DNA of 64,000 nt, from IMG/VR virus record IMGVR_UViG_3300020178_000002, positions 62,001 to 126,000 of that record; one strand, 5' to 3'. Positions 10,743 to 19,491 of the stretch are shown piece after piece. Under the pieces are notes generated by a model. The model was not told where the DNA came from and searched no databases. It saw only the letters and a list, made by a program, of their open reading frames with translations. Each line of letters starts with the position of its first letter. Position 1 is the first letter of the stretch. The position numbers were made by a program, and so were the translations under genes.

Positions 10743-11435
10743 ATGGGTTATGGTTTGATTGCTGCAAAGAAGAAGAAAAAGAAAAGAAAAAAAGATCCCA
10801 AGTATGTTCATGACAAATACAAAGAGATATTAGACAATCAGAAAGAAAAGGATGAGGGCAAGGCTAAAGCAGTGGCTTGGTCTATTTACTGTAAGTATAA
10901 GAATCCTGAAAGCCCTAGATGTAGCAAGAAGCCCTCAGAATACCTAACCAAGAAAGCATATAGCTCTCCACAAGAAGAAAATATGTACAGAAAGAGAGCA
11001 CAGCTTGTAGGTTCGATTTTAGATCAATTCGTGAGCGAAGCACTTCTAAAGTCTTATGACATCATTGAACAAGAGTCCAATTCAAAGTATGTGGAAGAGC
11101 TAGCTCTTTATATGTGGACTAGAGGGCAAATACCTCATTCTTTGGTGAGCATTAGCTCTGAAGCTAAGACTCTAGGCTCTATCTCTAATGAGATACACAG
11201 AGAAAAAAAGCCTTCCAGACTACCTACGAGAGAAGAAAAGAGAGAAGTATACAAGATTCTCCGCAAGGTCTTCATCTCCATCTATAAGGATTCATCTGTT
11301 AAAGTTTGGGCGAAGCTCTACAATGTAATTGGAGACTTAAATCTTACAATCATTCAACTAGAGATATTATCTTATGATAACAAGGTCAACACACCTAGCC
11401 TTTATAGTGATTTACTTGGGATTATTCTTGGTTAA
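10743..11435 (+). CDS. Hypothetical protein, basic N-terminal domain
   Basis: GGAG RBS; Lys-rich N-terminus, AKAVAWSIYC motif, internal TKKA junction. Confidence 0.7.
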   Translation: MGYGLIAAKKKKKKRKKDPKYVHDKYKEILDNQKEKDEGKAKAVAWSIYCKYKNPESPRCSKKPSEYLTKKAYSSPQEENMYRKRAQLVGSILDQFVSEALLKSYDIIEQESNSKYVEELALYMWTRGQIPHSLVSISSEAKTLGSISNEIHREKKPSRLPTREEKREVYKILRKVFISIYKDSSVKVWAKLYNVIGDLNLTIIQLEILSYDNKVNTPSLYSDLLGIILG

Positions 11436-11483
11436 GGTTCAATAATTTTATAACAAAGGTATTCTATAAATAAAGGAGTACCT

Positions 11484-13088
11484 ATGTTAGATGATGAACG
11501 AATAAAGAAAACAGTTGAGAAGCTTAGGCAGATTCGGGCTAAAGAAGATTTAAAGCCCCCACCTTGCTCAATACTCAACACACACCTGCCTAATGGAGCT
11601 GAACTAAAACTAAGACAGTATCAGATTCAAGGTATTTTACACCTTCTGGCAATGCCGAGATTTGTTCTAGGGGATGATACAGGTTTGGGAAAAACCCTAC
11701 AAACAATCGCTGCTTTGTCTTATGTCTGGGATAAGAATCCAAACATAGCTGCTGTTATATGCACCACTAAGTCAGCAGTGGGGCAATGGGAGAGTGAATT
11801 TGATAAGTTCACCAATGGTGTGACAGTATTCAAGTGTTTGGGTACAAAGAAAAAGAGAGAGAAGATTCACAAAGAGTATCAACTTTTTGAAGGTCCAAAA
11901 GCTCTGATCATGGGGTACAGAACAGCAGTAATGGACTTTCAACACCTACAACATATGGTAGGTCATGTAATGGTATTTGATGAAGCCACAAACTTTAAAA
12001 ATGACAGAGCACAAGTACATCAAGTATGTAAACACTTGGCTGGTTCAGCAGAGAAAGTTTGGTCTTTATCTGCGACAATCATTAAAAATAGACTCATGGA
12101 AGCATGGGCTATTTATCAAGTAACTGTACCTGGATTGTTTTCAAATAAGACTCACTTTATGAGAGAGTATTGCATCACTAGAGAACAAAGCATAAAAGGC
12201 TCTAGGAGAAAGATACAGATTGTTGTTGGACACAGGAAGCGTGATATAGAAGCCTTTAGAGAGGTGATAGACCCTTTCTTTATTGGTCGCCCTAAGCATG
12301 AGGTTGCTAAAGAACTTCCTTTGCTTACAACTAAGATTTTAGAATGTGAGCTGAACAAGACCCAGAAAGCCAAGTATAAAGAAGCATTAGAAGGTATTCT
12401 TGAGACTATTGATGCTGAGACAGGTGAGGTTGTAGAAAAAGAAGTATCTAAGCTCACAGCAGTCACAATCTGTCAGCAGATAGTGAATCACCCAGCATTG
12501 ATAGATTGTGATGGAGATTCTAGCAAACTTGAGAGTCTTCTAGATCTTTTAACAAACGAGTTAGAGGGCGAGAAGATTATTATCTTTAGTAGGCTTCGTA
12601 AAATGGTAGACATTATGGAAGCTGAAATTGAGGCTAAGGGTATCAAGACTTGTCGTATCACAGGAGCTGAAAATGGAGACCAGAGACTTGCTAGTCAAAA
12701 GGCTTTCCAAGACCCAGAGAATGAAACTAAGGTTTGTTTGATTACAATGGCTGCTGCTGAAGGTGTGAACTTACAGCTAGCTAAAGCTGTTGTTTTTTAT
12801 GACACTCCTTGGTCTGCTGGAGACTATCTACAGATCATAGGTCGAATGATTCGCATTGGGTCTATACATGACAAGGTTTTCAGTTACCATGTTTGTGCTA
12901 AGAAGACTATTGATGAGAGGGTTATGAAGACCCTTAAAGCTAAGATGGGCTTGATAGAAGCTGTCTTAGGTAAGCGTTTGAAAGAAGAAGGTGAGTCTGA
13001 CGAGGTATTAGAGGTTGGTCAATCAGAGTTATCAGACATTTTTGATGGCCTTCTTGAAGATGCGAATGAGATCATAAAGGTGAAGTAA
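11484..13088 (+). CDS. SNF2-family (SF2) helicase/ATPase
   Basis: GDDTGLGKT, DEAT, LSAT, EGVNLQ, PWS..Q..GRMIRIG motifs; AAGGAG RBS. Confidence 0.92.
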   Translation: MLDDERIKKTVEKLRQIRAKEDLKPPPCSILNTHLPNGAELKLRQYQIQGILHLLAMPRFVLGDDTGLGKTLQTIAALSYVWDKNPNIAAVICTTKSAVGQWESEFDKFTNGVTVFKCLGTKKKREKIHKEYQLFEGPKALIMGYRTAVMDFQHLQHMVGHVMVFDEATNFKNDRAQVHQVCKHLAGSAEKVWSLSATIIKNRLMEAWAIYQVTVPGLFSNKTHFMREYCITREQSIKGSRRKIQIVVGHRKRDIEAFREVIDPFFIGRPKHEVAKELPLLTTKILECELNKTQKAKYKEALEGILETIDAETGEVVEKEVSKLTAVTICQQIVNHPALIDCDGDSSKLESLLDLLTNELEGEKIIIFSRLRKMVDIMEAEIEAKGIKTCRITGAENGDQRLASQKAFQDPENETKVCLITMAAAEGVNLQLAKAVVFYDTPWSAGDYLQIIGRMIRIGSIHDKVFSYHVCAKKTIDERVMKTLKAKMGLIEAVLGKRLKEEGESDEVLEVGQSELSDIFDGLLEDANEIIKVK

Positions 13089-13888
13089 TGGAAAACCAGA
13101 TTTTTAATGAGTCCTGTTTGGACACCATGAGCCGAATGGAAGACAACTCCATAGACTTAGTGGTTACTAGCCCTCCCTACGACAATCTTAGAAGCTACGA
13201 TAATGACGTAGATCAAACTTGGGGAGAGTCCGTTTGGAAGCCGATTATCTCAGAGTTGAGTAGAGTTCTAGCAGAAGGTGGGGTTATCGTTTGGGTTGTG
13301 GGAGATGCTACAATTGATGGTTCAGAGACAGGAAGCTCATTTAAACAAGCTCTCTATTTCATGGAGTGTGGACTTAACCTTTATGACACAATGATTTGGG
13401 AGAAAACAGGAACACCATTTCCTTCACAGGTGAGATACAATGGGATCTTTGAATATATGTTTGTTTTTTCTAAAGGCAAACCAAACACTTTCAACCCCTT
13501 AAAGAAGCCCAATAAGACAGCAGGCCAATACCGGAAGAATAGGACTTTCCGACAAAAAGACGGTGGGTTCTCGGAGGGTAAAGAGCTATCGGTTTCGGAA
13601 GAAAGTAATAGGAATAACATATGGGTCATTAAGAATGGCTTTAACAGGTCATCTAAAGATAAATATGCTTTTGACCATCCTGCCATATTCCCAGAAAACC
13701 TAGCTCACGATCATATTATCTCTTGGTCTAACGAGGGAGACTTAATTTACGACCCATTCTTAGGTTCAGGTACTACAGCTAAGATGTGCAAGATCACTAA
13801 GAGAAAATACATTGGATCAGAGATTAGTGAAGATTATTTCAAGATCGCACTTAAGAGGATCGAAGAAGCACAGGAGTATTTCTTTTAA
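13088..13888 (+). CDS. DNA N4-cytosine/N6-adenine methyltransferase, beta class
   Basis: TSPPY, HPAIFP, DPFLGSGTT, IGSEI. Confidence 0.93.
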   Translation: MENQIFNESCLDTMSRMEDNSIDLVVTSPPYDNLRSYDNDVDQTWGESVWKPIISELSRVLAEGGVIVWVVGDATIDGSETGSSFKQALYFMECGLNLYDTMIWEKTGTPFPSQVRYNGIFEYMFVFSKGKPNTFNPLKKPNKTAGQYRKNRTFRQKDGGFSEGKELSVSEESNRNNIWVIKNGFNRSSKDKYAFDHPAIFPENLAHDHIISWSNEGDLIYDPFLGSGTTAKMCKITKRKYIGSEISEDYFKIALKRIEEAQEYFF

Positions 13889-14691
13889 TGGAAAACCAGA
13901 TTTTTAATGAGTCCTGTTTGGACACCATGGGCAGAATGGAAGACAACTCCATAGACTTAGTGGTTACTAGCCCTCCCTACGATAATCTTAGAACCTATGA
14001 TAATGATGTAGATCAAACTTGGGGGGAATCCGTTTGGAAGCCGATTATCAAAGAGCTGGCTAGGGTTATCAAAGATGGAGGGGTTATCGTTTGGATTGTG
14101 AACGATGCAACAGTAGATGGTTCAGAGACAGGTTCTAGTTTCAAACAAGCCATTTATTTCATGGAGTGTGGGCTTAACCTTACGGACACTATGATTTGGG
14201 ATAAAGGGTCAAATGGTGCTGTAGGGAATAATAAGATTTATTGGCAGTCTTTTGAATATATGTTCGTCTTTTCTAAGGGTTCTCCTGCGACAATTAACTT
14301 AATAAAAGACAGGAAAAATAAGAGGGTAGAGAAGAAGAACAAGGGTACAAAAAGAATGAAAGATGGAGAGCTTATTCCCATCACAAAAGGGTCATACGGA
14401 GATTTCGGTAGGAGAACCAACATTTGGTCATACTTAACAGGCAGAGGACATTCAACTTTAGATGTGTATGCCTTTGAACACCCTGCTACATTTCCCGAAA
14501 ACCTAGCTCACGATCATATTGTTTCTTGGTCTAATGAGGGAGATGTGGTTTACGATCCATTCTTGGGTTCGGGCACTACAGCTAAAATGTCTAAGATGAC
14601 CAAGAGAAAATATATAGGGTCTGAGATTAGTGAAGATTATTTCAAGATCGCACTTAAGAGAATCGAAGAATCACAGGAATACCTATTTTGA
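13888..14691 (+). CDS. DNA N4-cytosine/N6-adenine methyltransferase, beta class (tandem paralogue)
   Basis: TSPPY, HPATFP, DPFLGSGTT; flanking domains near-identical to 13088-13888. Confidence 0.93.
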   Translation: MENQIFNESCLDTMGRMEDNSIDLVVTSPPYDNLRTYDNDVDQTWGESVWKPIIKELARVIKDGGVIVWIVNDATVDGSETGSSFKQAIYFMECGLNLTDTMIWDKGSNGAVGNNKIYWQSFEYMFVFSKGSPATINLIKDRKNKRVEKKNKGTKRMKDGELIPITKGSYGDFGRRTNIWSYLTGRGHSTLDVYAFEHPATFPENLAHDHIVSWSNEGDVVYDPFLGSGTTAKMSKMTKRKYIGSEISEDYFKIALKRIEESQEYLF

Positions 14692-14694
14692 TGC

Positions 14695-14763
14695 AAAAAA
14701 AAAGGTCTAGCTTTCGAGGGGCATTTGGTGAAAACAACACCAGCCCCCCTTTTGCTAGACCTT
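14695..14763 (-). terminator. Long GC-rich hairpin with U-tract (intrinsic terminator)
   Basis: Minus strand AGGTCTAGC..AGGGGGC.TGGTG-loop-CACCA..GCCCCT..GCTAGACCT followed by a T run. Confidence 0.7.
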
Positions 14764-14838
14764 ACTAAAGAAGAATACTTAGTCCTATTTAAAAGACCAG
14801 ATTCCTAGTAAAGAATGGGATTACATTCAGAAAAGACT

Positions 14839-15153
14839 TTAATCTGGGTCAATCATTTGAACCTTACGATTAAAGCCTGGTACATGGAACTTACACCATT
14901 CCCATGCTTCGAGTTCTTTAGCTACACCCTCTTTTCCTTCGAGACAGTTACGAAGGAAGTTGAGTCGGACACCAAGATCACCATGATTCTTTAAAAAAGT
15001 AAGGTTATCTATTTCTTCTAGTGTAGCTTTCTCAACAGCTTCTTTTAGAACCTTGAGTTCATCCTTATTGACAAGGAAAATAACTTGGTTATTTACACCG
15101 AACACATCGTTTAAAAGTTTTAATGCTTCTTTATTCATACTTACTCTTTCCAA
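14839..15153 (-). CDS. Hypothetical protein
   Basis: ORF in a tight minus-strand cluster; true start may be the second Met. Confidence 0.6.
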   Translation of the reverse strand: MERVSMNKEALKLLNDVFGVNNQVIFLVNKDELKVLKEAVEKATLEEIDNLTFLKNHGDLGVRLNFLRNCLEGKEGVAKELEAWEWCKFHVPGFNRKVQMIDPD

Positions 15154-15347
15154 GGTGGTAAGAAATCAAAGTTTGAGTTTCCTTGTTCAAGGGCAATTCT
15201 TTCTTGTCTGCGACACTCTGGATAATCTGGTCGCCTTTGTTCATTTTCTCTGCACTTAGGGCAGATTTTTTGTTGATTATACCATGAAGTATAAGAAACA
15301 TTCCCTAACTCTTGGTCACATCTGTCACATACTCTAAAACTTGGCAA
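15141..15347 (-). CDS. Small zinc-finger protein
   Basis: CDRC...CPKC. Confidence 0.65.
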   Translation of the reverse strand: MPSFRVCDRCDQELGNVSYTSWYNQQKICPKCRENEQRRPDYPECRRQERIALEQGNSNFDFLPPWKE

Positions 15348-15630
15348 GGTACTGTCCTTCCTGTGCGATACAAGTTAAGTGGTCAAGAGCCTCAACAGTA
15401 AAGCCTGTTTTGATAGCTGCTTGATTCTCTAGGTCTTGGATAATAACTTGAAGCTCAGAGTTCTTCATACCATTAGCTGGCAGATAACTGTTATTTCCAC
15501 CTCGACCCTTATTTGAAACATGAATAAAAGGTTTATTCTTGTGAAGCAAAACAGCTTCCCATGCAACTCCTTTAGGAGTTTCTCTCATTTTTAGGTCTGT
15601 TAGTTTTAAGTCTTTTAGCTTTACCTTCAT
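15334..15630 (-). CDS. Hypothetical protein
   Basis: ORF with GGAG RBS in operon. Confidence 0.65.
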   Translation of the reverse strand: MKVKLKDLKLTDLKMRETPKGVAWEAVLLHKNKPFIHVSNKGRGGNNSYLPANGMKNSELQVIIQDLENQAAIKTGFTVEALDHLTCIAQEGQYLAKF

Positions 15631-15636
15631 AGGACT

Positions 15637-15948
15637 TTACTCCTTTAGATCTGTGTAAAACTTTAGACAGTTTCCAGACAGTCCACCTGGGAGAGTATCT
15701 CCAACTTTAACTCCTTGCCAAGGTGACATATCGTTGTTGAGGTAAATAACTTTCCACCTCGCCCGATAACCATCGCTGTTTTGTTCGTTCAAGATTTTAC
15801 CTGTGCTTTGTACATGTACGATAAGAGTTTCTCCAGAGAAACATTTCATCTCTGCTGAAGCACCATATTGTCGGTAGGAGTCAAACTCCGCATCTGTACA
15901 ACCTACACCTGCAAGTACCGCTAACCCAATAATAATTTTCTTAATCAT
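15637..15948 (-). CDS. Putative lipoprotein
   Basis: MIKKIIIGLAVLAGVG-C lipobox-like signal. Confidence 0.65.
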   Translation of the reverse strand: MIKKIIIGLAVLAGVGCTDAEFDSYRQYGASAEMKCFSGETLIVHVQSTGKILNEQNSDGYRARWKVIYLNNDMSPWQGVKVGDTLPGGLSGNCLKFYTDLKE

Positions 15949-16331
15949 AGTTTTAATCCTTTTTTGTTTAAATGCTCAACTCGGGTCTCACACTTACTGT
16001 TTTTTGTTTGAGTGATTAGATCTGCTTGCCCAACTGGTAGTTTGAGCCCATACTGATCTGTGTAGTAGTCAAGGTTCTTTAAGAAAACCCATCCTGTGGG
16101 GGCTTCCCATTGAACCCCATTAGCTGATACTACTATCTCTGGGTCATTCGTATATGCGTAAAACACACGATCACGCAGACCTTTGTAGCAAGAAATAGTA
16201 TGATATTGCTCAGTAGTCTTCTGAACAGTTTCTACCTGTTGTGTGCTAAAAGCAACTAAGACCAAGAGAAGTAATACAAACAGACCTTGAAATAGCTTAG
16301 ATTGTGTTATTCTTTTTAATTTTTCTAACAA
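15945..16331 (-). CDS. Membrane-anchored/exported hypothetical protein
   Basis: N-terminal hydrophobic helix; AAAGGA RBS before TTG start. Confidence 0.65.
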   Translation of the reverse strand: MLEKLKRITQSKLFQGLFVLLLLVLVAFSTQQVETVQKTTEQYHTISCYKGLRDRVFYAYTNDPEIVVSANGVQWEAPTGWVFLKNLDYYTDQYGLKLPVGQADLITQTKNSKCETRVEHLNKKGLKL

Positions 16332-16397
16332 CTTTAATTCCTTTCATTCGATTTTTATATACTTATATTATCGAATGAAAGAGGGGGGGAGTGACTT

Positions 16398-16568
16398 TTA
16401 ATAGTGACCTATAGAAAAAACAATCCAACCAAAGACAACACAAATAAAAGCTTCCTTGAACTTCTCAACTCTTTCTTCATGTGTCTCTTGCTCGAAGATT
16501 TGAGATCTTATTTTATAGGCATACAGAAAGATGCAAAAAGAAACAACATCAGCTATAAAGGTGTACAT
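16398..16568 (-). CDS. Small two-TM membrane protein (56 aa, not in ORF track)
   Basis: Own translation: MYTFIADVVSFCIFLYAYKIRSQIFEQETHEERVEKFKEAFICVVFGWIVFSIGHY. Confidence 0.5.
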   Translation of the reverse strand: MYTFIADVVSFCIFLYAYKIRSQIFEQETHEERVEKFKEAFICVVFGWIVFSIGHY

Positions 16569-16582
16569 AGGATCATTCTTTT

Positions 16583-16595
16583 TAATCTATTTATA
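16583..16595 (+). promoter_or_regulatory. Putative late promoter motif
   Basis: TAATCTATTTATA, 34 nt upstream of 16630. Confidence 0.6.
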
Positions 16596-16629
16596 TGCAA
16601 TCTCTTAACAGAAGATAAGGAGAGGCTCT

Positions 16630-18114
16630 ATGGACAGCACAATAACAGATTTAGAATATGATTCAAACTTTAACTTATGGGTTGGAACAAGCCCTGTTAA
16701 AGTAGATGGTAAAGAAAACCCAATAGGGTATTGGACATTGAAGTCATGGAGAGATATGTCTCCTAAGAAAGAGATGAAGAGTAAAGAGAATGAAGTAAGA
16801 AAGCAGTTTGCAGATAAGAAGTTTTTAGAGTTTAAGAGAGCAATAGAAGCAAAAAAGAAGTCTGAATCTGGTGAGGATATCTCGGACATAGATCTTTCTG
16901 GTTTACCTGAAGATGTTCAAGTTGGAATAAAGCAAGAGATTCCCTTAGACCAAGTTAAAAAGATTACTAGGAGAAAGAACTATGGAATCCCCTCCAAGTT
17001 TTATTTCGAGAATAACCTGCATCTGTCAAAAGAAATGTCAGAGGAAGCGATAGATAAGCTTGCTGAGGAACTCAAAAAGATGATGGTGTTTCCTACAAGA
17101 CAAAGAAGCATGGTAAGAACTAAAATATTACCTTACTTAGGAACAGGTGTTCCTTCTACATATTGGAAGTTTGTGTCAAAGATTGCAGATTCTTATTTAG
17201 CTCGCACTACAGATAAGATGGATGAGCTTTTCCTTAACAAGTTTGACGAGATGGCTTTTGGCAAAACACCAGAGGAAAGACAAGAGATTAAGAAAAGAAT
17301 TGAAACTCTAAGAAAGAGCAACCCAGAGGTCATTTCTAGGAACTTTTTTACAGTAGTTCAAACTGCAATAAGTTGGATTGCCATTCCACTTGCTTTTCTT
17401 GGAACAATTAAAAAGTTCACAGGCTTAACAGGTTTCTTATTTAGAATAGCCACTAAGATGGCCCCTGTTCTTGCTTCTTCATTGAAGGGTCTAGCAGCTC
17501 TTTATGCTGGCTGTTTTCTAGGGGTTGTGGTTCTTGGTAGTACAGTCTTTAAGTTTTTCCATACCGACCATGTTGAAAATAAAAAGAAGCAACAAAGAAA
17601 AAAGAAGGACTCAGATCCTAATGAATACCTAGCCTTTGATACACTAGCTTATCAAGTATATAGTGGTGTTGTTATTCCAGAAGACATCACAGCACATTTT
17701 CAAAAAGAGCTAGACTTTATAATGTATACAGACTCTGGAACAGAGGAACAAAGAAAAAAGAGTATTCTCGACCTATGGAAAAGATTTGACTTGAATGTTC
17801 GTTCTTCTATTGAAAAGGGTATCTATCTTAGAAAAGAAGAAGAAGGCTCTGGTTTAACTATCTTTGACGACCCTGATCTTAGGTCTAATCGTAGAGCGAG
17901 TGTAAAACCAAAAGTAGACCCTTTCTTTACAAAGTTCTATATGATAGTCAAGAATATAGAAGCAGAGGAAAAAGTCGAAGAAGCTCTTGCGAGTCCTGAA
18001 TTCAAAGACATTGCAAAAGATGTTATGAAAGGCAAGGTTAAGATTCCTCCACAGTTAGCTAAAATGACAGCTAACTTGTTGGCTTTAGAAGCTAAATCTC
18101 TTACCCAAAGTTGA
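16630..18114 (+). CDS. Hypothetical membrane protein, candidate virion-internal protein
   Basis: Central hydrophobic segments; RRAS before the C-terminal tail; AAGGAG RBS. Confidence 0.7.
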   Translation: MDSTITDLEYDSNFNLWVGTSPVKVDGKENPIGYWTLKSWRDMSPKKEMKSKENEVRKQFADKKFLEFKRAIEAKKKSESGEDISDIDLSGLPEDVQVGIKQEIPLDQVKKITRRKNYGIPSKFYFENNLHLSKEMSEEAIDKLAEELKKMMVFPTRQRSMVRTKILPYLGTGVPSTYWKFVSKIADSYLARTTDKMDELFLNKFDEMAFGKTPEERQEIKKRIETLRKSNPEVISRNFFTVVQTAISWIAIPLAFLGTIKKFTGLTGFLFRIATKMAPVLASSLKGLAALYAGCFLGVVVLGSTVFKFFHTDHVENKKKQQRKKKDSDPNEYLAFDTLAYQVYSGVVIPEDITAHFQKELDFIMYTDSGTEEQRKKSILDLWKRFDLNVRSSIEKGIYLRKEEEGSGLTIFDDPDLRSNRRASVKPKVDPFFTKFYMIVKNIEAEEKVEEALASPEFKDIAKDVMKGKVKIPPQLAKMTANLLALEAKSLTQS

Positions 18115-18427
18115 ATGGATTTGGACTAGGGATTTTGTAGTCTCCCATAGCACCATCTGACCCTGCTTCTGACCCAGCTTCTTCAACAGTAGAATCTGAC
18201 CCAGCTTCTTCAACAGTAGAATCTGACCCTGCTTCTTCAACAGTAGCATCTGACCCAGCTTCTTCAACAGTAGCATCTGATTCCTCTGGTTCAATTTCAG
18301 CATCTTCTTCTCTAACTTCCATATCTAAAGAGACTTCTTCAACTTCAGAATCAGTTTTCTTAATAGGTTTTGCAGATTCTTCTCCACAAGCAGTTAGAAC
18401 AAGAATAAATAGAATTAAGTATCTCAT
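18101..18427 (-). CDS. Acidic repeat lipoprotein
   Basis: MRYLILFILVLTA-C lipobox with AAGGAG RBS at ATG 18427; SD(A/S)TVEEAG repeats. Confidence 0.7.
   Translation of the reverse strand: MRYLILFILVLTACGEESAKPIKKTDSEVEEVSLDMEVREEDAEIEPEESDATVEEAGSDATVEEAGSDSTVEEAGSDSTVEEAGSEAGSDGAMGDYKIPSPNPFNFG
18168..18280. repeat. 27-bp coding tandem repeat, about 4 copies
   Basis: tctgaccc(a/t)gcttcttcaacagtag(a/c)a at 18168, 18195, 18222, 18249. Confidence 0.95.
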
Positions 18428-18502
18428 GGGTTGCTCCTTCCAAGGCAAAAAAATAGGTTGAGACTACAACGCTTTTTAGAGTATTTAAGACCTATGAATT
18501 TT

Positions 18503-18515
18503 TAGTCTCTTTATA
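18503..18515 (+). promoter_or_regulatory. Putative late promoter motif
   Basis: TAGTCTCTTTATA, 40 nt upstream of 18556. Confidence 0.6.
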
Positions 18516-18555
18516 GCCTCTTTAAAGAGAACAATTAACTTAAAAGGAAAAAGCT

Positions 18556-19041
18556 ATGAGAAGAATCACAGCATCCGAGAAAATCGCCCAGCTTGAAAAG
18601 AGAGTCGCTCAACTTGAAAAAGAAAGCTTTGACTTAAAGCAGATTCCAGATTGGCTCTTTGGAAGAGTGGATTCTAAAATGGAAGACCTTCATACACAAC
18701 TTAACTACAACTTCAAAAATCTTTTTGGAAACAAGGTTAAAATCACCTATCCTGTTAAACAACAGATCAAAAACCCTTTTAATGTTTCACAAGCTAAGTA
18801 TGTAGGTAAGCTCATTGTTGGTCGTGAACACATTAACTACACTGTTCTTGTTCTTAACAACTCTAAAATCCAACTCGAGGGACTCAACCCTTTCTCACCA
18901 GAGCAGTTCTATAAGTCTTCTAACTTTGTTTTCTACATCTCTAACAAGAAGGTTGTTTCTTCAAGAGACATTACCTCTGTTGCTTCTTTAGAAGCTATTG
19001 TAGATGCTATTGAAGCTAAGTACTCTCATATCTTAGCCTAA
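18556..19041 (+). CDS. Hypothetical protein with shared N-terminal leader
   Basis: MRRITASEKIAQLEKRVAQLEKES leader. Confidence 0.75.
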   Translation: MRRITASEKIAQLEKRVAQLEKESFDLKQIPDWLFGRVDSKMEDLHTQLNYNFKNLFGNKVKITYPVKQQIKNPFNVSQAKYVGKLIVGREHINYTVLVLNNSKIQLEGLNPFSPEQFYKSSNFVFYISNKKVVSSRDITSVASLEAIVDAIEAKYSHILA

Positions 19042-19487
19042 ACCCCATCTAAAGGGTGTCTTAAAGAATGATGTGAAGGCTTACTTGATTTGAAGTAGGC
19101 TTCCATTATTCTTACTAGGTCAGAATTTGTCCATGCAATACCATCATTAGATTCTTCTGGTTTTGGTTCTACTACTTCAGGCTCAAAAGGCATTTCTGAA
19201 AGAACTATTGCATGGACATTCTTCCTACCTTGTGCAATAGCTTTTATAGCTCTATGGCAACCATCTATAATATTTCCATTGTGTACTAAGATAGGGAATG
19301 AGAGATCAGCTTCCAATACTCTTCCTATATGATCACACAGGTGTGTCTGACCCCAGAACCATTTTTGTAAAAAAGAGTCTGGTATAGACCATTCAACGAA
19401 TGTTTGGTCTTTCGTCATCTCCCAAAGTTTTTTTACTTCCCATTGGTAAGTCACACCATTTTCAGTGTGGGAATAAGTATGTCCCAT
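19038..19487 (-). CDS. ParB/Srx N-terminal-like domain protein
   Basis: ADLSFPILV....IIDGCHRAIKA. Confidence 0.7.
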   Translation of the reverse strand: MGHTYSHTENGVTYQWEVKKLWEMTKDQTFVEWSIPDSFLQKWFWGQTHLCDHIGRVLEADLSFPILVHNGNIIDGCHRAIKAIAQGRKNVHAIVLSEMPFEPEVVEPKPEESNDGIAWTNSDLVRIMEAYFKSSKPSHHSLRHPLDGV

Positions 19488-19491
19488 GTGT

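Noticed and set aside
14692-14838. tRNA gene
   Set aside because: No cloverleaf, T-loop GTTC motif or CCA arrangement found.
18168-18280. Repeat array as a CRISPR
   Set aside because: Units are contiguous 27-mers with no unique spacers and lie in frame within a lipoprotein gene; no cas genes seen.
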